A stretch of DNA of 64,000 nucleotides from the NCBI GenBank assembly GCA_021613535.1, contig CP075495.1, forward strand, positions 6,820,001 through 6,884,000, given 5' to 3'. The DNA comes from Adineta vaga (taxonomy: Eukaryota > Animalia > Rotifera). The notes beneath the pieces were generated by a model. That model saw only the letters and a list, made by a program, of their open reading frames with translations, did not search any database and had not been told where the DNA came from. Shown piece by piece: positions 28,557 through 41,079 of the stretch (positions are counted from its first letter, which is position 1; each line of letters starts with the position of its first letter). A program made the position numbers and the translations under genes.

Positions 28557-30525
28557 ATGAAATTTCCCAATCCTCAATCTCCTTGGCATTGGGATGAACA
28601 AACAAATGAATTGGTATGTAATAAAGATTCAAGTGCTGAAAAAGCGGAAATGAATGCTGAAGCAGTCTCCGAAAGAATTGATCTTTGGAATTTACCGGCA
28701 GGAAAACGTCCTTCTGCATATAAAAAACATCCACTTGAAGTATCAAAAGATAAAAAAATCGTTACTATTGGAGATATCGTTCGTAAGTAATAAGATACAA
28801 TATTAACAGTAGATAAATTGAATATTATTATATTTCAAGATGTGGCATTAAATATGGTCAGTGATACTTACTTTGTTCCAGAACGATTTGCTGATTTAGT
28901 AAGGTATGTTTCTTCTTTTATAAAGTTGTTTTTTTTTCGAAACATTTCGTCTATTTGAATAGACGACCAGAATTAGAAGATTTCTTTCTACATTTAATTA
29001 ATTATTTCTATTGGTATTTCGAATATCTTGAATCACAAGTAATGTCCAATCCATTTTGTGTGTATGTTTCATTCATTCATTTTCTAATAATCACAATAAA
29101 AGCTTCGAAAACTCTCTAGAGAATTGAATCGTGAAGAACGAGATCGTATAGCTAATGCTAAAGGTCATCTTGATACGGCTCTTCTGTTTGTTGCTCAAAA
29201 ATACAGTAATATCGTACTTGGTACTGGTCTTAAACAATTTCATCATTTCTATTGGATCGAAGGATATGATGATACTGATCCATTATCAAAAAAACGAGAG
29301 ATTATTCCGTATACAGGTCGTGTCTCGCGAACATTAATCGATCGTGGTTATGCAGAAGTAAGATAGTTTGAAGAATACTTTAATTACTAGCATCATTTCA
29401 AAATTAGTTATTAATGATTTTTGCAACGTTTGTTGTATGGATTACTTATGAACGAAAAGATTTCGAAGGAATTCAAACCGAAATTGGCAGGTAACTATCG
29501 AAAATGTTAGTAAAAAACAAAACAAACATTTTGAATAATATATTTATAGAATTATTCGAACAAATTCCTTTCCAAATCCAACATATTCTAGTATGTATGC
29601 TTCTCTCCTTATATTTTGTCTCGTTTATAATGATTATCATTTACGTAGCTACACAAATTCGAACTCGTTCAACACGCAAAACATCGAATGATTTAATAAG
29701 TAATGGAAATAATGAAAATTCTTCAAATAATCTAACAAATTCCGAGAGAAAAGGTATTCCACCTACGAACAAAACTATTCGTTTGCAAAAGACTATAGCT
29801 ACTGCCGATATTGCTACATATAATAGATCACGTAAATTTAATTATTCATTGAGATATTTTTCTAAGAAAAAAAAGAAACGTTCTTTTTTTTCTTCAATAG
29901 ATCCAACTAATGGTAGTAAACAATCATTTCGACGATTATTGAAGTAAATTTAGATTGATTTTTCTTTAAATAGAAATAAAATGAAAGACTTCTTTGATAG
30001 TCAACGATCACCAGTTCTAGTAACATTATTACCAACAGCACAAGATCAAAGTGCTGAACTATTCTCCCGACGAAACAAGAGAGATAATCAGTATGTGGAA
30101 TTGTAATTTCCTTTTATTTAAACAAACATTTTCCTTGAAAAACTTCATAGATCAACACAGAAAGGAAAAGTCGTACATGAAGATGAATTTCAAATTCTAC
30201 ATCAGTAAGATTTCTTGAGCATTCTAAATAACTTTTATTTGATTAATAATATTCATAGAGTTGGTGTTCTTGGTCAACCGATTGATAAATTAACATTAAT
30301 TGTAAGTGATGATACTCCGGACAGCAATGTATCGACTTCACAAGCATCAACACATGCTGATACAAAGTAATGAATAATTCTAATCGAAGATTAAACTATG
30401 ATCGTCTATTATTCGTTTCTAGTCGAGCAGGTACGACTGATACTGATAGTGGTATGTTATTTTTTTTCGAATAATCAATGAAATATAAGCTATTCTATAT
30501 TTATTTTTTAGATATTGAGAAGTAA
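28557..30525 (+). CDS. PPP1R36: PPP1R36 (C14orf50)-like protein
   Basis: Spliced translation shows VTIGDIV.DVAL, FFLHLINYFYWYFE, VAQKYSNIVLGTGLKQFHH, VVWITYERKDFEGIQTEIGRLFRTNSF and RSPVL..LLP, recalled as the PPP1R36 family pattern. Confidence 0.7.
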
Positions 30526-32111
30526 TATTAACAACGATAATATAATCTTAACAAAACCATTTTCTAATACTTCCATGTGAATTCGTATTTTTGTTTGGCA
30601 ATAAAATATAAATATTTATTTATTTTGTACTTAAAATATAGAAGAATATAAAAGAATGAGATGGACTTTTTTCTACTAAGAATTCTATTGAAGTTATTTG
30701 AAAATGTATTTTTTCTAAAAAGAGTAACATTAAATGTTTAATGACCTTTCTTACTATTACAAATATTCTATAAATATCACGATGAATTAAAGTAAACTAT
30801 GTCTGATAGAAAACAAATTCGATACATTGTGCATTTTTTGAAAAGATGTTGCAAAATTAAAATGATTATGTAGTTAGAAGAAACGAGGTGTTACATCGAC
30901 GTGTTTTGTATGTGAATCAGCCTGTTTCTAAATTATGAAATAAGAATTAGATAATAGAGAAGGAAATTGGGTAGTTTTTTTTCTTCTCCTCAATATCAAA
31001 AGATTCATCTCAACTTTTCAAGTAGTTCGATACTTTATTTTCATAGCTTTTATGCTACCAGAAAGTAATTGACTTGAGTAGAATGTTTTACTATCATTGA
31101 AATTATCTTTAGTTTGTGAATAAAATATTAATGATAAACGTAACAATACTTCTTTAATGGTTTTTAATTTAAATTTCATAGTTTTTTCTCAATTGTCATT
31201 TCCGTCATAAAATATTGTTTCCTCCATCAACTGGTAAATGACGCAGTTCATGGCATGCATCATTATTTACAATCAGTTTCTTCTTTTCTAGTATCATATA
31301 CTTGTATCTGACTTTGTTCTTCTTATCTTGAATCTTTACACTCACAATAGTTAGTAGATTTATTCTAGAAGGTTCAAGTATCGGGTAATTTTTCTAGAAA
31401 TAAACGAAATAAAGTTACATTGTACTAACAATGCGTACTTTTTGACCTAGTTATTTCAATGTTTGTTCTGTAAACAAACTATTCTCATTTATTTCGTTGA
31501 TAAAGACAAGAAAAATGAGCCTATACATGTTAAAGAAGAACAAAAACAACATGACAAGACATTTTGCATAGTTAATTGTCGTGTTGTACTGGATATATGA
31601 TATACTAACCATCTGCAATAAACAGGTGATCTCATTTTTGGATTAGAAGTCAGTTCAGTTCTACTTCTGTGTCAGTTATCAACAAAAAGAAAAACTTAGA
31701 GAGATCTAGGATGAATGTATTTATTTATTTAGGAGAAGAAGAAGAAGAGAAGCACTAATCGCTTTAATGTACTTGTACACTTCGAAGTACTTTCGTCTTT
31801 CTTCTATTTAACCAAAGAATGAAGGCATAAAAGAAAATGTTTTCCTTTTTTCTCTCGTCGAGTATTAACATGTCTATGTTCGAAGGGTCGTTATTGTGAA
31901 ATAGAATATGCGAAAGAGAAAGATAGAAAACGAGAGAATGAAGAAACGAGCATATAAATGAAGGGGTGATTTAGATCTTATTTCTTTTTTTCTATTTTCA
32001 TCGTCTTTAAATACAGGTCTGTTAGAAAGAAACATATATCGTCACTTCAATATCCAATATTTGGTTTTTAGATTTAAATCTTCTTTCTTCGTCTAAGAAT
32101 TCTATTCTAAA

Positions 32112-33140
32112 ATGGGTAATAAACATTCAAACAAAACTGATCCGTAAGTTCGAGAATTCATTCTTTTTTTTATAAGTTTATCGATTTTGAACAAATTTTT
32201 CTAGAACAATTCTTACACCAAAAGCTATTCAAATGCTTAAGGCTAATACAAACTTTTCCGAAGAACAAATCCGTGAATGGCATGCTGGTTTCTTACGTGA
32301 CTGGTAAATTGAATATTGTTTTCTAATTATATAAATATTATTTGTCGGAAATTTTTAGTCCAAATGGACAACTTTCCAAAGATCGATTCGTTTCTGTTTA
32401 TGAACAATTCTATCCTGGTGGTAAAGCTAAAGATTTTTGCAAATATGCATTTGCTACATTTGATCGCGATAATAATGGAACAAGTAACTATCAAATACAT
32501 TTCTTTTCTTTATCATATTTACATCTTGTTTTCTCTTTCTATCTATAGTCGATTTCACTGAATTTATGCTTGCTATTGCATTGACACAATCAGGTGATCT
32601 TGATGAACGTCTTGCATTAGCCTTCGATATGTATGATTATAATAATACTGGAACAAGTAAATTCGAAAGTTTTGTTCACAAAAAGAAATTTCTAATTTGA
32701 TTGATTTTAGTTGATACAAATGAAATGGCAAAAGTTATTGCTGTAAGTGAAAATGATTGAATTTCGTTGATGAATTTTATATTATTTGTATCGTAGGCTA
32801 TGTATGATCTCATTGGTGAAACTGATCGTAAAGGTAAAACATTTGAGAAAAAAGTTTTAAAAGAAAAAGAAGAAATAATTTATTATTATAGGGGATCGTG
32901 ATCCAAAACATCGTGCAGAAGAAATTATTCGTATTTGTGATGTTACTGGTAACAAGAAATTGACAAAAGAAGAAGTAAATTATTCATAAAATAATTATAA
33001 TATGAATAAATATCTTGTTTTTAGTTTGTTGCTGGATGCAAGAATGATCCAGTAAGTTAAGTTATTGTGTAGTAAAGAATCGATTTGATCTTTTGACTTC
33101 TCTTTAGGTTATTCGTCGTTTACTTGTTCCAAATGCTTAA
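32112..33140 (+). CDS. Neuronal calcium sensor family protein (NCS/neurocalcin-like), N-myristoylation-type start MGNKHS
   Basis: [75 protein letters not shown]; EF-hand loops spread over about 10 small exons. Confidence 0.92.
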
Positions 33141-34221
33141 ATCAGTGCGATGAAGCGAAGAATTTCAAAAACAAACTTCTTAATATCGTCTTATGTCTTT
33201 TCCTTACACAAAAAAAAAACCCTTCTCTCATCTTATTAGCTTATTTGTAGTTGTTAAGAGCAAGCGCGTGTATTCTTTTTCTTTTCCTATTTATGTGCAT
33301 TTGATGTAAGAAGTTTGAGAGAAAATATCATAACATCTGCCATTTTTAGGTTTTATTTGTTAAATAAATGTGAATAAAACACAAATTTATTATCGGATCA
33401 TATCAAGAACTAAGCTTGTTTTAGAAAACAAAGTTTAGCTCAATCGATATGTATCATTAGAGTATACTGAATTAGAGATCTGAACAGATGTATGTGAAGA
33501 TATAATTGGTAGATCATGAAGAACTTGACATAATCTTCTTCGCAAATGTCTCTATAGAGAAAAATTCTATATATTAAGCCATATGACACTCCACTTGTTA
33601 CTGAAGTTCCATACTAACGTTCGCAATTATAGGATGTTTTGATGTCTTGAGTTCTTAATGACGATCGATATACATCATTAAATTCTCACCAGTATATTGG
33701 TATGGACAAAAATAGTTAACAACAAGGATCTGTCAAAAGGTTGAAGACAACAAAATATGGAAAAAAGCAAGTACAAAAGTTAACATAAATTCACTCAACG
33801 TCTTAAGTCAAACAAATATTTGTCTGTCTAAAATTAAATGTAGTTTTTCAACTGTAATTTTAGAGCTGCTTTACTCTATTCTATCAACCGCTAATGCTTG
33901 AGAAGCATCATCACGCAAATACAACTTACAATTAAATAAAAATTGGAAAACTGAGAGCACGTAATTTCGATGGACTCGCATTACTAAATTTCAAACACAA
34001 ATAAACTTCTTAAAATACCAATAGAATACTTCAATGAATCATAGCGTATATCTTCGTTTTATCTAGAAAGCAATTGAGTACTAGTAAATAGGTTATATCA
34101 CAGAAATATCTCAAGAGACTACTCACTTTTCTGAATAGATTAAACTTAAATCAGCTGCAACATTTCACACCGATGTAAGCGTATGTTTTTCTTATTACGA
34201 TCATCGACAAAAAATATACCT

Positions 34222-35087
34222 ATGATCATGTTGACTACAATATTTTTGTTGCTCAGCTTCATTCCATTCAATTATGGTGAGATTAATTGTCGAACTACAG
34301 CATGGTGGGTTCTTCAACCATTTCCCAAATCTGTTCTACAACGATTTCTTTCCAAATCCAACGAAAATCTCACATTTAATTCATCAAACCCATTGGCACA
34401 ATTTATGAAAACTGACGAACATCCTGTTTATTTTGAATTTAATCAACAAAATCAATGTCAACAAAGTTCGTTACCTCCAGTGATAGCAAATGCAACCGAA
34501 CAGACATTTGTCGAATTTAAATTACAAATACCCTATCTAATTCGAAAGGATAAAACAGTCATGTATAAACCATTGGTTTATGAAAATAGTAAACTCAATG
34601 TTGCTGCCACTCGTCTCGTGTATGGTCTTCCAGCTGAATTTGTAATTTAATTATCAATTTGAATTACATGATTTCATTTTAATTTTCAAATCTTTAGGCT
34701 ACCATGTCTGCTGATTTTGAACATTATAAATATTCGATTTCATTTCAACATGGACTAGTAGAAGTTTCATTCGTTCCATTGACACCAACGTTGCTACCGT
34801 TTGATTCACCTGAAACAGCTAATTTTTCATCATTTGTCGATGCAAATATTTCACCGTGGCTTGCATTTCCTCCGTTTCATCTTGTACATCGAACGAAATG
34901 TGCTTCAAACATGTATAATTTCTCTCAAACAGGTCATATCCGACCAGTTAAAATGACGTTAAACATCATCGGAAATATACTTCAAGAAATTCCACAAGGA
35001 ATCTATATTAATGAAGGAAATCAACCATTAGGAGCATGGCAAATTGACGTTCACACAATAATTACTTCAACCTACGAGTGTCCTTAA
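34222..35087 (+). CDS. Secreted protein of unknown function, possibly acetoacetate-decarboxylase-like fold; 2 exons (intron 34642-34697)
   Basis: The two ORFs join in frame across a 56-nt GT-AG intron; hydrophobic signal MIMLTTIFLLLSFIPFNYG; motif FVEFKLQIPY...PLVYENS..VAATRLVYGLP. Confidence 0.7.
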
Positions 35088-35344
35088 AAATATTTTCTTT
35101 TTTTCTCAAATAAAATAAGAAAAAAAAACTTTCTATTCATCCACTATTTGATAATCAAAATTCTCGTCAACTAAAGCACGCTACTTTGTTAACGACAAAC
35201 ATTTCATAAATTTCCAATCAAACTAAATCTTTCTTTGCATGTTAATAAATCTATTTTTTTTATGCCCAAAACTTGATAAAATCTTATATTACAAAAGAAA
35301 AACAACAACTTTTGCGAATATTACTTCGTCTCAGAAACATCAAT

Positions 35345-35914
35345 ATGAAGATAAACTTATGTGAAAATTTATCACGTCGTTCCGTTGAAAATCATATTCT
35401 AACTTATCGACATAACCGACGTGAAGATGAAATTCTTAATGATAAATTTTCTCTTTATCAACGACAAATTCGTCTCATTGATCATAATATTCACATGGCT
35501 GAACGTCGTTTTGAACATCATGCAAAACATGATCTTGGTTACGTTGTTTCATATAAACGTAAACCACTAGAAGCATCGAAAAATCATCAATTTTACTATG
35601 CATCAACAAATAGAAATTGGACAACGAAAGAATATTCTGTTGAATCATTACAAAATGTTCTTCAACATAAAAATTTATATGAATACGCATTTGAACGTCG
35701 TTCACGGCAATATCTCGAAGAATTAAAATATAAAGATCGTCTACAAAAACAACGTAAAGACAATTTCATGAACAAAACCGAATCGTTTATTCGTGATGAT
35801 CAACAAAGAAGTAATGACTGGCCAAAAACAGAACATGCACGATATCAATTACCAATAATTCAACATACGAAAATGATTCCTCTATCGACGATACGTTTTC
35901 CTATTGAGTTTTGA
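35345..35914 (+). CDS. Uncharacterised charged/coiled-coil protein, intronless
   Basis: 189-codon open frame with coding-like composition, rich in R/E/K; no recognised motif. Confidence 0.6.
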   Translation: MKINLCENLSRRSVENHILTYRHNRREDEILNDKFSLYQRQIRLIDHNIHMAERRFEHHAKHDLGYVVSYKRKPLEASKNHQFYYASTNRNWTTKEYSVESLQNVLQHKNLYEYAFERRSRQYLEELKYKDRLQKQRKDNFMNKTESFIRDDQQRSNDWPKTEHARYQLPIIQHTKMIPLSTIRFPIEF

Positions 35915-36069
35915 ATAAGAAAATTTTTATATTTCATGTTTATTTATCACAATGTATTCTAGATTTATAAAAAAAAATAACATCATTTAATCTCTTGTCT
36001 GATCATGAGAAAAAAGAATGCTTATTTTCACGAATCAATGCTTCCTTGATTTACACAATTCTTTCACTC

Positions 36070-38475
36070 TTAAGCTATTTCAAGTTCACCAATACCATCA
36101 ATAGTAATTTGATCAATCATGTGACTAAAGTAATTTTCAATGGCTTGCATTACATTAAAGTCTTCGTGTGAACCAATTAAATTAAATGTATAACCTAGAA
36201 AATAGATAAAAATGAAATCATTTGATAGTAAGTAGGATAGATATGTACCTATCCGACCAAATCGACCACAACGACCAATTCGATGTAAATACGTTTCATA
36301 ATCTGGTTGCAAATCGGCAGTTACAGGCATGTCATAATTAACAACCAATGAAACTTCATCGATATCAATACCTGAAAAGAAATGCAAAAGTTAAAGATAA
36401 TTTACTTGTATACAACTCACCACGTGACATCACATTTGTTGATATTAATACTCGAAAAATACCAGTACGAAATTGTTCAATAATCGCTGCTCTTACTTCA
36501 ATTTCGAGATCTCCTGTTAATTCTCGTACGGAATGGTTTTGATTAGCCATACGAACAGCCAATTCGCGTGCTGTTCGTTTTGTTCGACAGAATACCACTG
36601 CTTTTCCGATATCTAATGTTTCATAAATTTTCTCGATAACATGATATTTTTCTTCAGAATCAGAACAATCAATATAAAATTGTCGTATATTAACCAACGT
36701 TTGTTTCTCACGTTTTAATCGAAGAACAACTGGCTTTTGTACAATTTCACGTGCAAATTCCATGACTTCATCTGAATATGTAGCAGAAAATAATAACATT
36801 TGACAATTGGACATGTTAATTTCTTTCACAAGATCAACACAATTGGTGCGAAACCCATTCATTGCAATCATCACATCAGCTTCGTCAACAACAAACATAC
36901 GTAATTTTTGTAAATTAATTACATGAAGTTTTCGACTCCATTCATCTACTGTTCCAGGTGTTCCAATTACAATTGGTTCAGATATAAGTTGATTACGAAT
37001 ACGATTAGGTCTTTTAGATATGTTTGGATCACGAACCGCATAGGCAATTTGAATATAGGGTAAAAACTTTGCCATTCTTTCAATAACTGAACCAATTTGT
37101 AAAGCTAATTCAAATGTTGGTGCCAAGATAAGTGCTTGTGGTGATTGGACGGATGGATCAATACGTGATATCATGGCGACAGAAAAAGCAACTGTTTTAC
37201 CCGTACCAGATTGTGACTGTGCTATAATGTTTCCTAGAAAAATACAATCCTTTCGTAATATTACGATTGCTAAGATTGAAATTACTTACTTGGTGTTTCA
37301 CCCATCAAATGTGGTAGAGCATTTTCTTGTATTTTACTTGGAGCTCTAAAACCCATGTTGTAAATGCCTGCAGAAAATGAAAATAGAAGAAAGTTATTAT
37401 TGTCTATATATTATGACAATAACATGTGTATTTGTATATCTTGAGGATGGATGGTTTAGTAAATATTTAGGGAAGGTTTAATCGATTTTAGAAAGTGAAC
37501 TAATGATTTCGTCGATCAAAAACTATCTTTCGATGTTACCTCTCAATAAATCTGGTTTAAGATTGAGTTCTTCGAACGTTTTAGTTGAATACAATGGCGA
37601 TGTCGGATCACTACGATCAATGGTAAGGTCACTTGAATCTTGTAATTTTGTATTCACTTTTTTTGCCAATAACGAACTTTCGACTAATTCTACAAAACCA
37701 TCACCTTCGTTTTGATCTTGATTCGAGAATTTTGGTTGATGACTTGCAGGAATTTGAGCAACAGAGATTTGCTTAGGGCCTGTTTGTGCATTATTTGTCA
37801 TTTGTTGCTTTGGTTGATAAATAGGTGATGATGATGATTGCGATTGATTAATCGATGTATCTTGCTTTTGTGTAGATGGTGTGAATACATATGAAGGTAC
37901 TGGTTGCTGTACTTGTGAGTTACTTGTGGATGAAGTCGAACTCGATGAAGATTGGTTTACCAACGGTACATTATTGAAAGAAAAACGTGGAGGATTTCCT
38001 GATGTTGCAGTATTAACTGGGACATTTGAAAGATTGCCCGCTGCTGCGGTGTTGAATGAAAAATTTGAAGGATTACTCGATGTTGCGTTGTTAAATGAGA
38101 AAGGAGGAGCATTTGTTGTTACTTGATTTTGAGCAGATGAATCTATTGTAGGTGATTTTGTAAATGAAAATCCTTGTGACATTCCAGATGGATTCGCTTG
38201 TCCGAATGAAACACCAAACGGAGATGCATTATTTGACTAATGATTGAAATAAAATGAAGAAGTGCATATAAGAAACATCAACTTACTGTTGGCGAGCCTG
38301 CCGATGTTCTTTGTGGAAAAGTGCCCACTGTTGATTGTTGCTGATTAACTGGTGAACTACCTGGTTCTTTTGCATTAGCCAATGATGCTAATCCTGCTTT
38401 TGGTGCGTTAAAAGAAAACTGAGTTGATTGTGGTGGTGATGACGTAGGATTATTATTTGCTGTTGTGGATGCCAT
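36070..38475 (-). CDS. DDX19: DEAD-box helicase DDX19/Dbp5 family, paralog A, with long FSF-repeat low-complexity N-terminus
   Basis: [95 protein letters not shown]. Confidence 0.92.
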
Positions 38476-38630
38476 TATCTGCGACTAAATACAAAAGAAA
38501 AAGTTTTGCTGTTCCAAATATATCCTATAACTTTCTGTTCGTTGAAGGTTTTTTATCACACACACACACACAACTATATATCACATTTCACAAGGAGAAA
38601 GAGATGAAAGAAAGTCAAAAACAAATCAAT

Positions 38631-40621
38631 CTAGATCTTGTAGAGCTCATCATCAGCAATGTATTTTTCTGAAAATTCTAAAATTGGTTTTTGAAAATAT
38701 CGTTCCACTTGTTGAAGTAATGGCATTTCTTCGGGTGTAACTAAATTAAATCTATAGAGAAATAATTAGTGTATGTTCTGTTTCTTTTGAATCAAACATA
38801 CGTATGGCCAATACGTCCAAAACGTCCGGCACGTCCGATCCGATGTAAATAGGTATCATAATCAGGTTTATTAATAAAACAATGTTTCATTTCATCATAA
38901 ATAAGTGGAAATTCGAAATTAAGTACTAAAGAAATATCATCGATATCAATTCCACGTGCACAAACATTCGTTACAACTAAAACACGAAATTTTCCTTCAC
39001 GAAATCGATTAATTACAGCAGCACGTTGTTCAACAGTTAATTCAGATGAAAGTAATTCCACACAATGTTTATCATTGATCATTCGTAATGCAAGTGCATG
39101 AGCTGAACGTTTATAACGACAAAAAATCATTGCTTGACCAATCGTAATTGAAGAATAGATTGTCTTCACTGCATCATATTTATCTTCATCATTATTACAT
39201 TTAATATAAAATTGACCTGAACAATAAATGAAATAAAAAGTTCAAATGAAAAAAATCAAGAAAAGGTATGAAGACTTACGAATATTTGATAATGATTGTT
39301 CTTCACGTTTTAATCGAAAGATTACTAGAAGAGAAAATAGATATAGTGAATTTGAGATTAATCGTATGGCGAGTCGAAAACTAATATGATCTATCAGAAG
39401 ATTTATCTGATCATTACTCATTTTAATGAATGTTTTAATCTTACCTGGATTTTCGATAATTCGTTTCGCAAAATCCATCACCTAATAAAATAATAATGTT
39501 CAGAAATTTTTCAACATTGTCAATAAGAAAACAAACCTCATCAGAATAGGTCGCTGAAAAAAGCATTGTTTGACAATTATTTCCCACTGTGTTCTTCACT
39601 AGATCAAAACAAATTTGTGAAAAGCCTGTTAAACTAATCATAACATCTGCTTCATCAACGACAAACATTCGTATTTTTTTCAAATCAATTATTTTCAACT
39701 TTCGACACCAATCTTCGACAGTTCCAGGTGTACCAATTACAATTGGAACAGTTAATTCTTTTCCTTTAACATATTCATTTCGTTTCGAAATCGTTGGATC
39801 ACGTACAGCATAAGCAATCTTAATATGTGGTAAGAACATAGCCATATTTTCAATAACTTTACCAATTTGTAAAGCAAGTTCAAATGTTGGAGATAAAATA
39901 AGTGCTTGAACATAATTCAAATTTGGATCCATACGACTGAGTGTGGCGAGAGAAAATGCAGCCTAAAAATGTTCAATTATATTCAAGAGAGAAATACAGC
40001 GAAAAATATTTACTGTTTTTCCAGTTCCATTTTGTGATTGTGCAATCATATTTCGTGGTGGATATGCAAGTAATTGTGGTAATGCACGTTCTTGAATACG
40101 TGAAGGACGACGAAAACCCATATTATAAATTCCATTTAATAATTGTGGTTCTAATTTTAATTCTTCAAATGTTTTAACTGAATGTAATGGTGATTGAGGA
40201 TTCGTTCGATCATGTTCAAGTATTAATGAATAATCAATATCACGTAAATATGTATGTTTATTTAATAATGATATTTGTTCAACATTCATTGACGATTCAG
40301 GTTTATCATCATAGATATAATCATTATTATTGTTGTTAATATCCACAAGTGGCTTGTGATTATTACGAAAAGAAGTGAATGTAAATAGATCGTTGATTTG
40401 ACCAAAATTGAATGTTGAAAAATGATGAGTGCTCTTACAAAAAATTCTAGACGACTTTCTCTATCTCTTTTCCCATATCTTTTTATCAACCTTAGTATTT
40501 CTTTCAACAAACTTCGATGACATACCTGAACTTGTTGTTGATTATTTGGCTCGTTTCCTGCTGATGGTGCAATTCCTGAAACATTCTTATGTCCTCGAAA
40601 CATACTCGATTTGTCAGTCAT
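38631..40621 (-). CDS. DDX19: DEAD-box helicase DDX19/Dbp5 (DDX19/DDX25) family, paralog B, short N-terminus
   Basis: [85 protein letters not shown]. Exon 1 MTDKSS...QVQ splices in phase to [12 protein letters not shown]. Confidence 0.9.
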
Positions 40622-41079
40622 TTTCCTTTTTTTTGATAATTATACTAAAATGAACTAAAAAAATCGTTATTTCAATTGTATTTCATTTCATAACATTTAA
40701 ACATGGCGTTTTCTTAAAAATGCTCTGTGTTAGGCATTGCGCCATGATGACTGCCTTTCTTTCATTTAGAAGTAGTATTTACTATCATATCAATTCTTCT
40801 ATCGGATACTTTAACAACCAATCAAAAATGAAAATGAACAGTAGCGAAATCTGTAGTTGTCGTTATTGGTACTTCCATACATAGAAAAGTCACGCTGACA
40901 ATGCGTGCTCGCTATATTGTTGAATTTGAACTCTCTTCTATTGGATATCATTTCACTGTGATTGTTTCTCATTCTACTCAGTAGAATAACATACACGTGC
41001 ATGGTGATCTGCCAAAAGTACTTGTGATGCATCTTTCGATGAAATTTATTTATTAAAAATTGAATATCAATTGATAATA

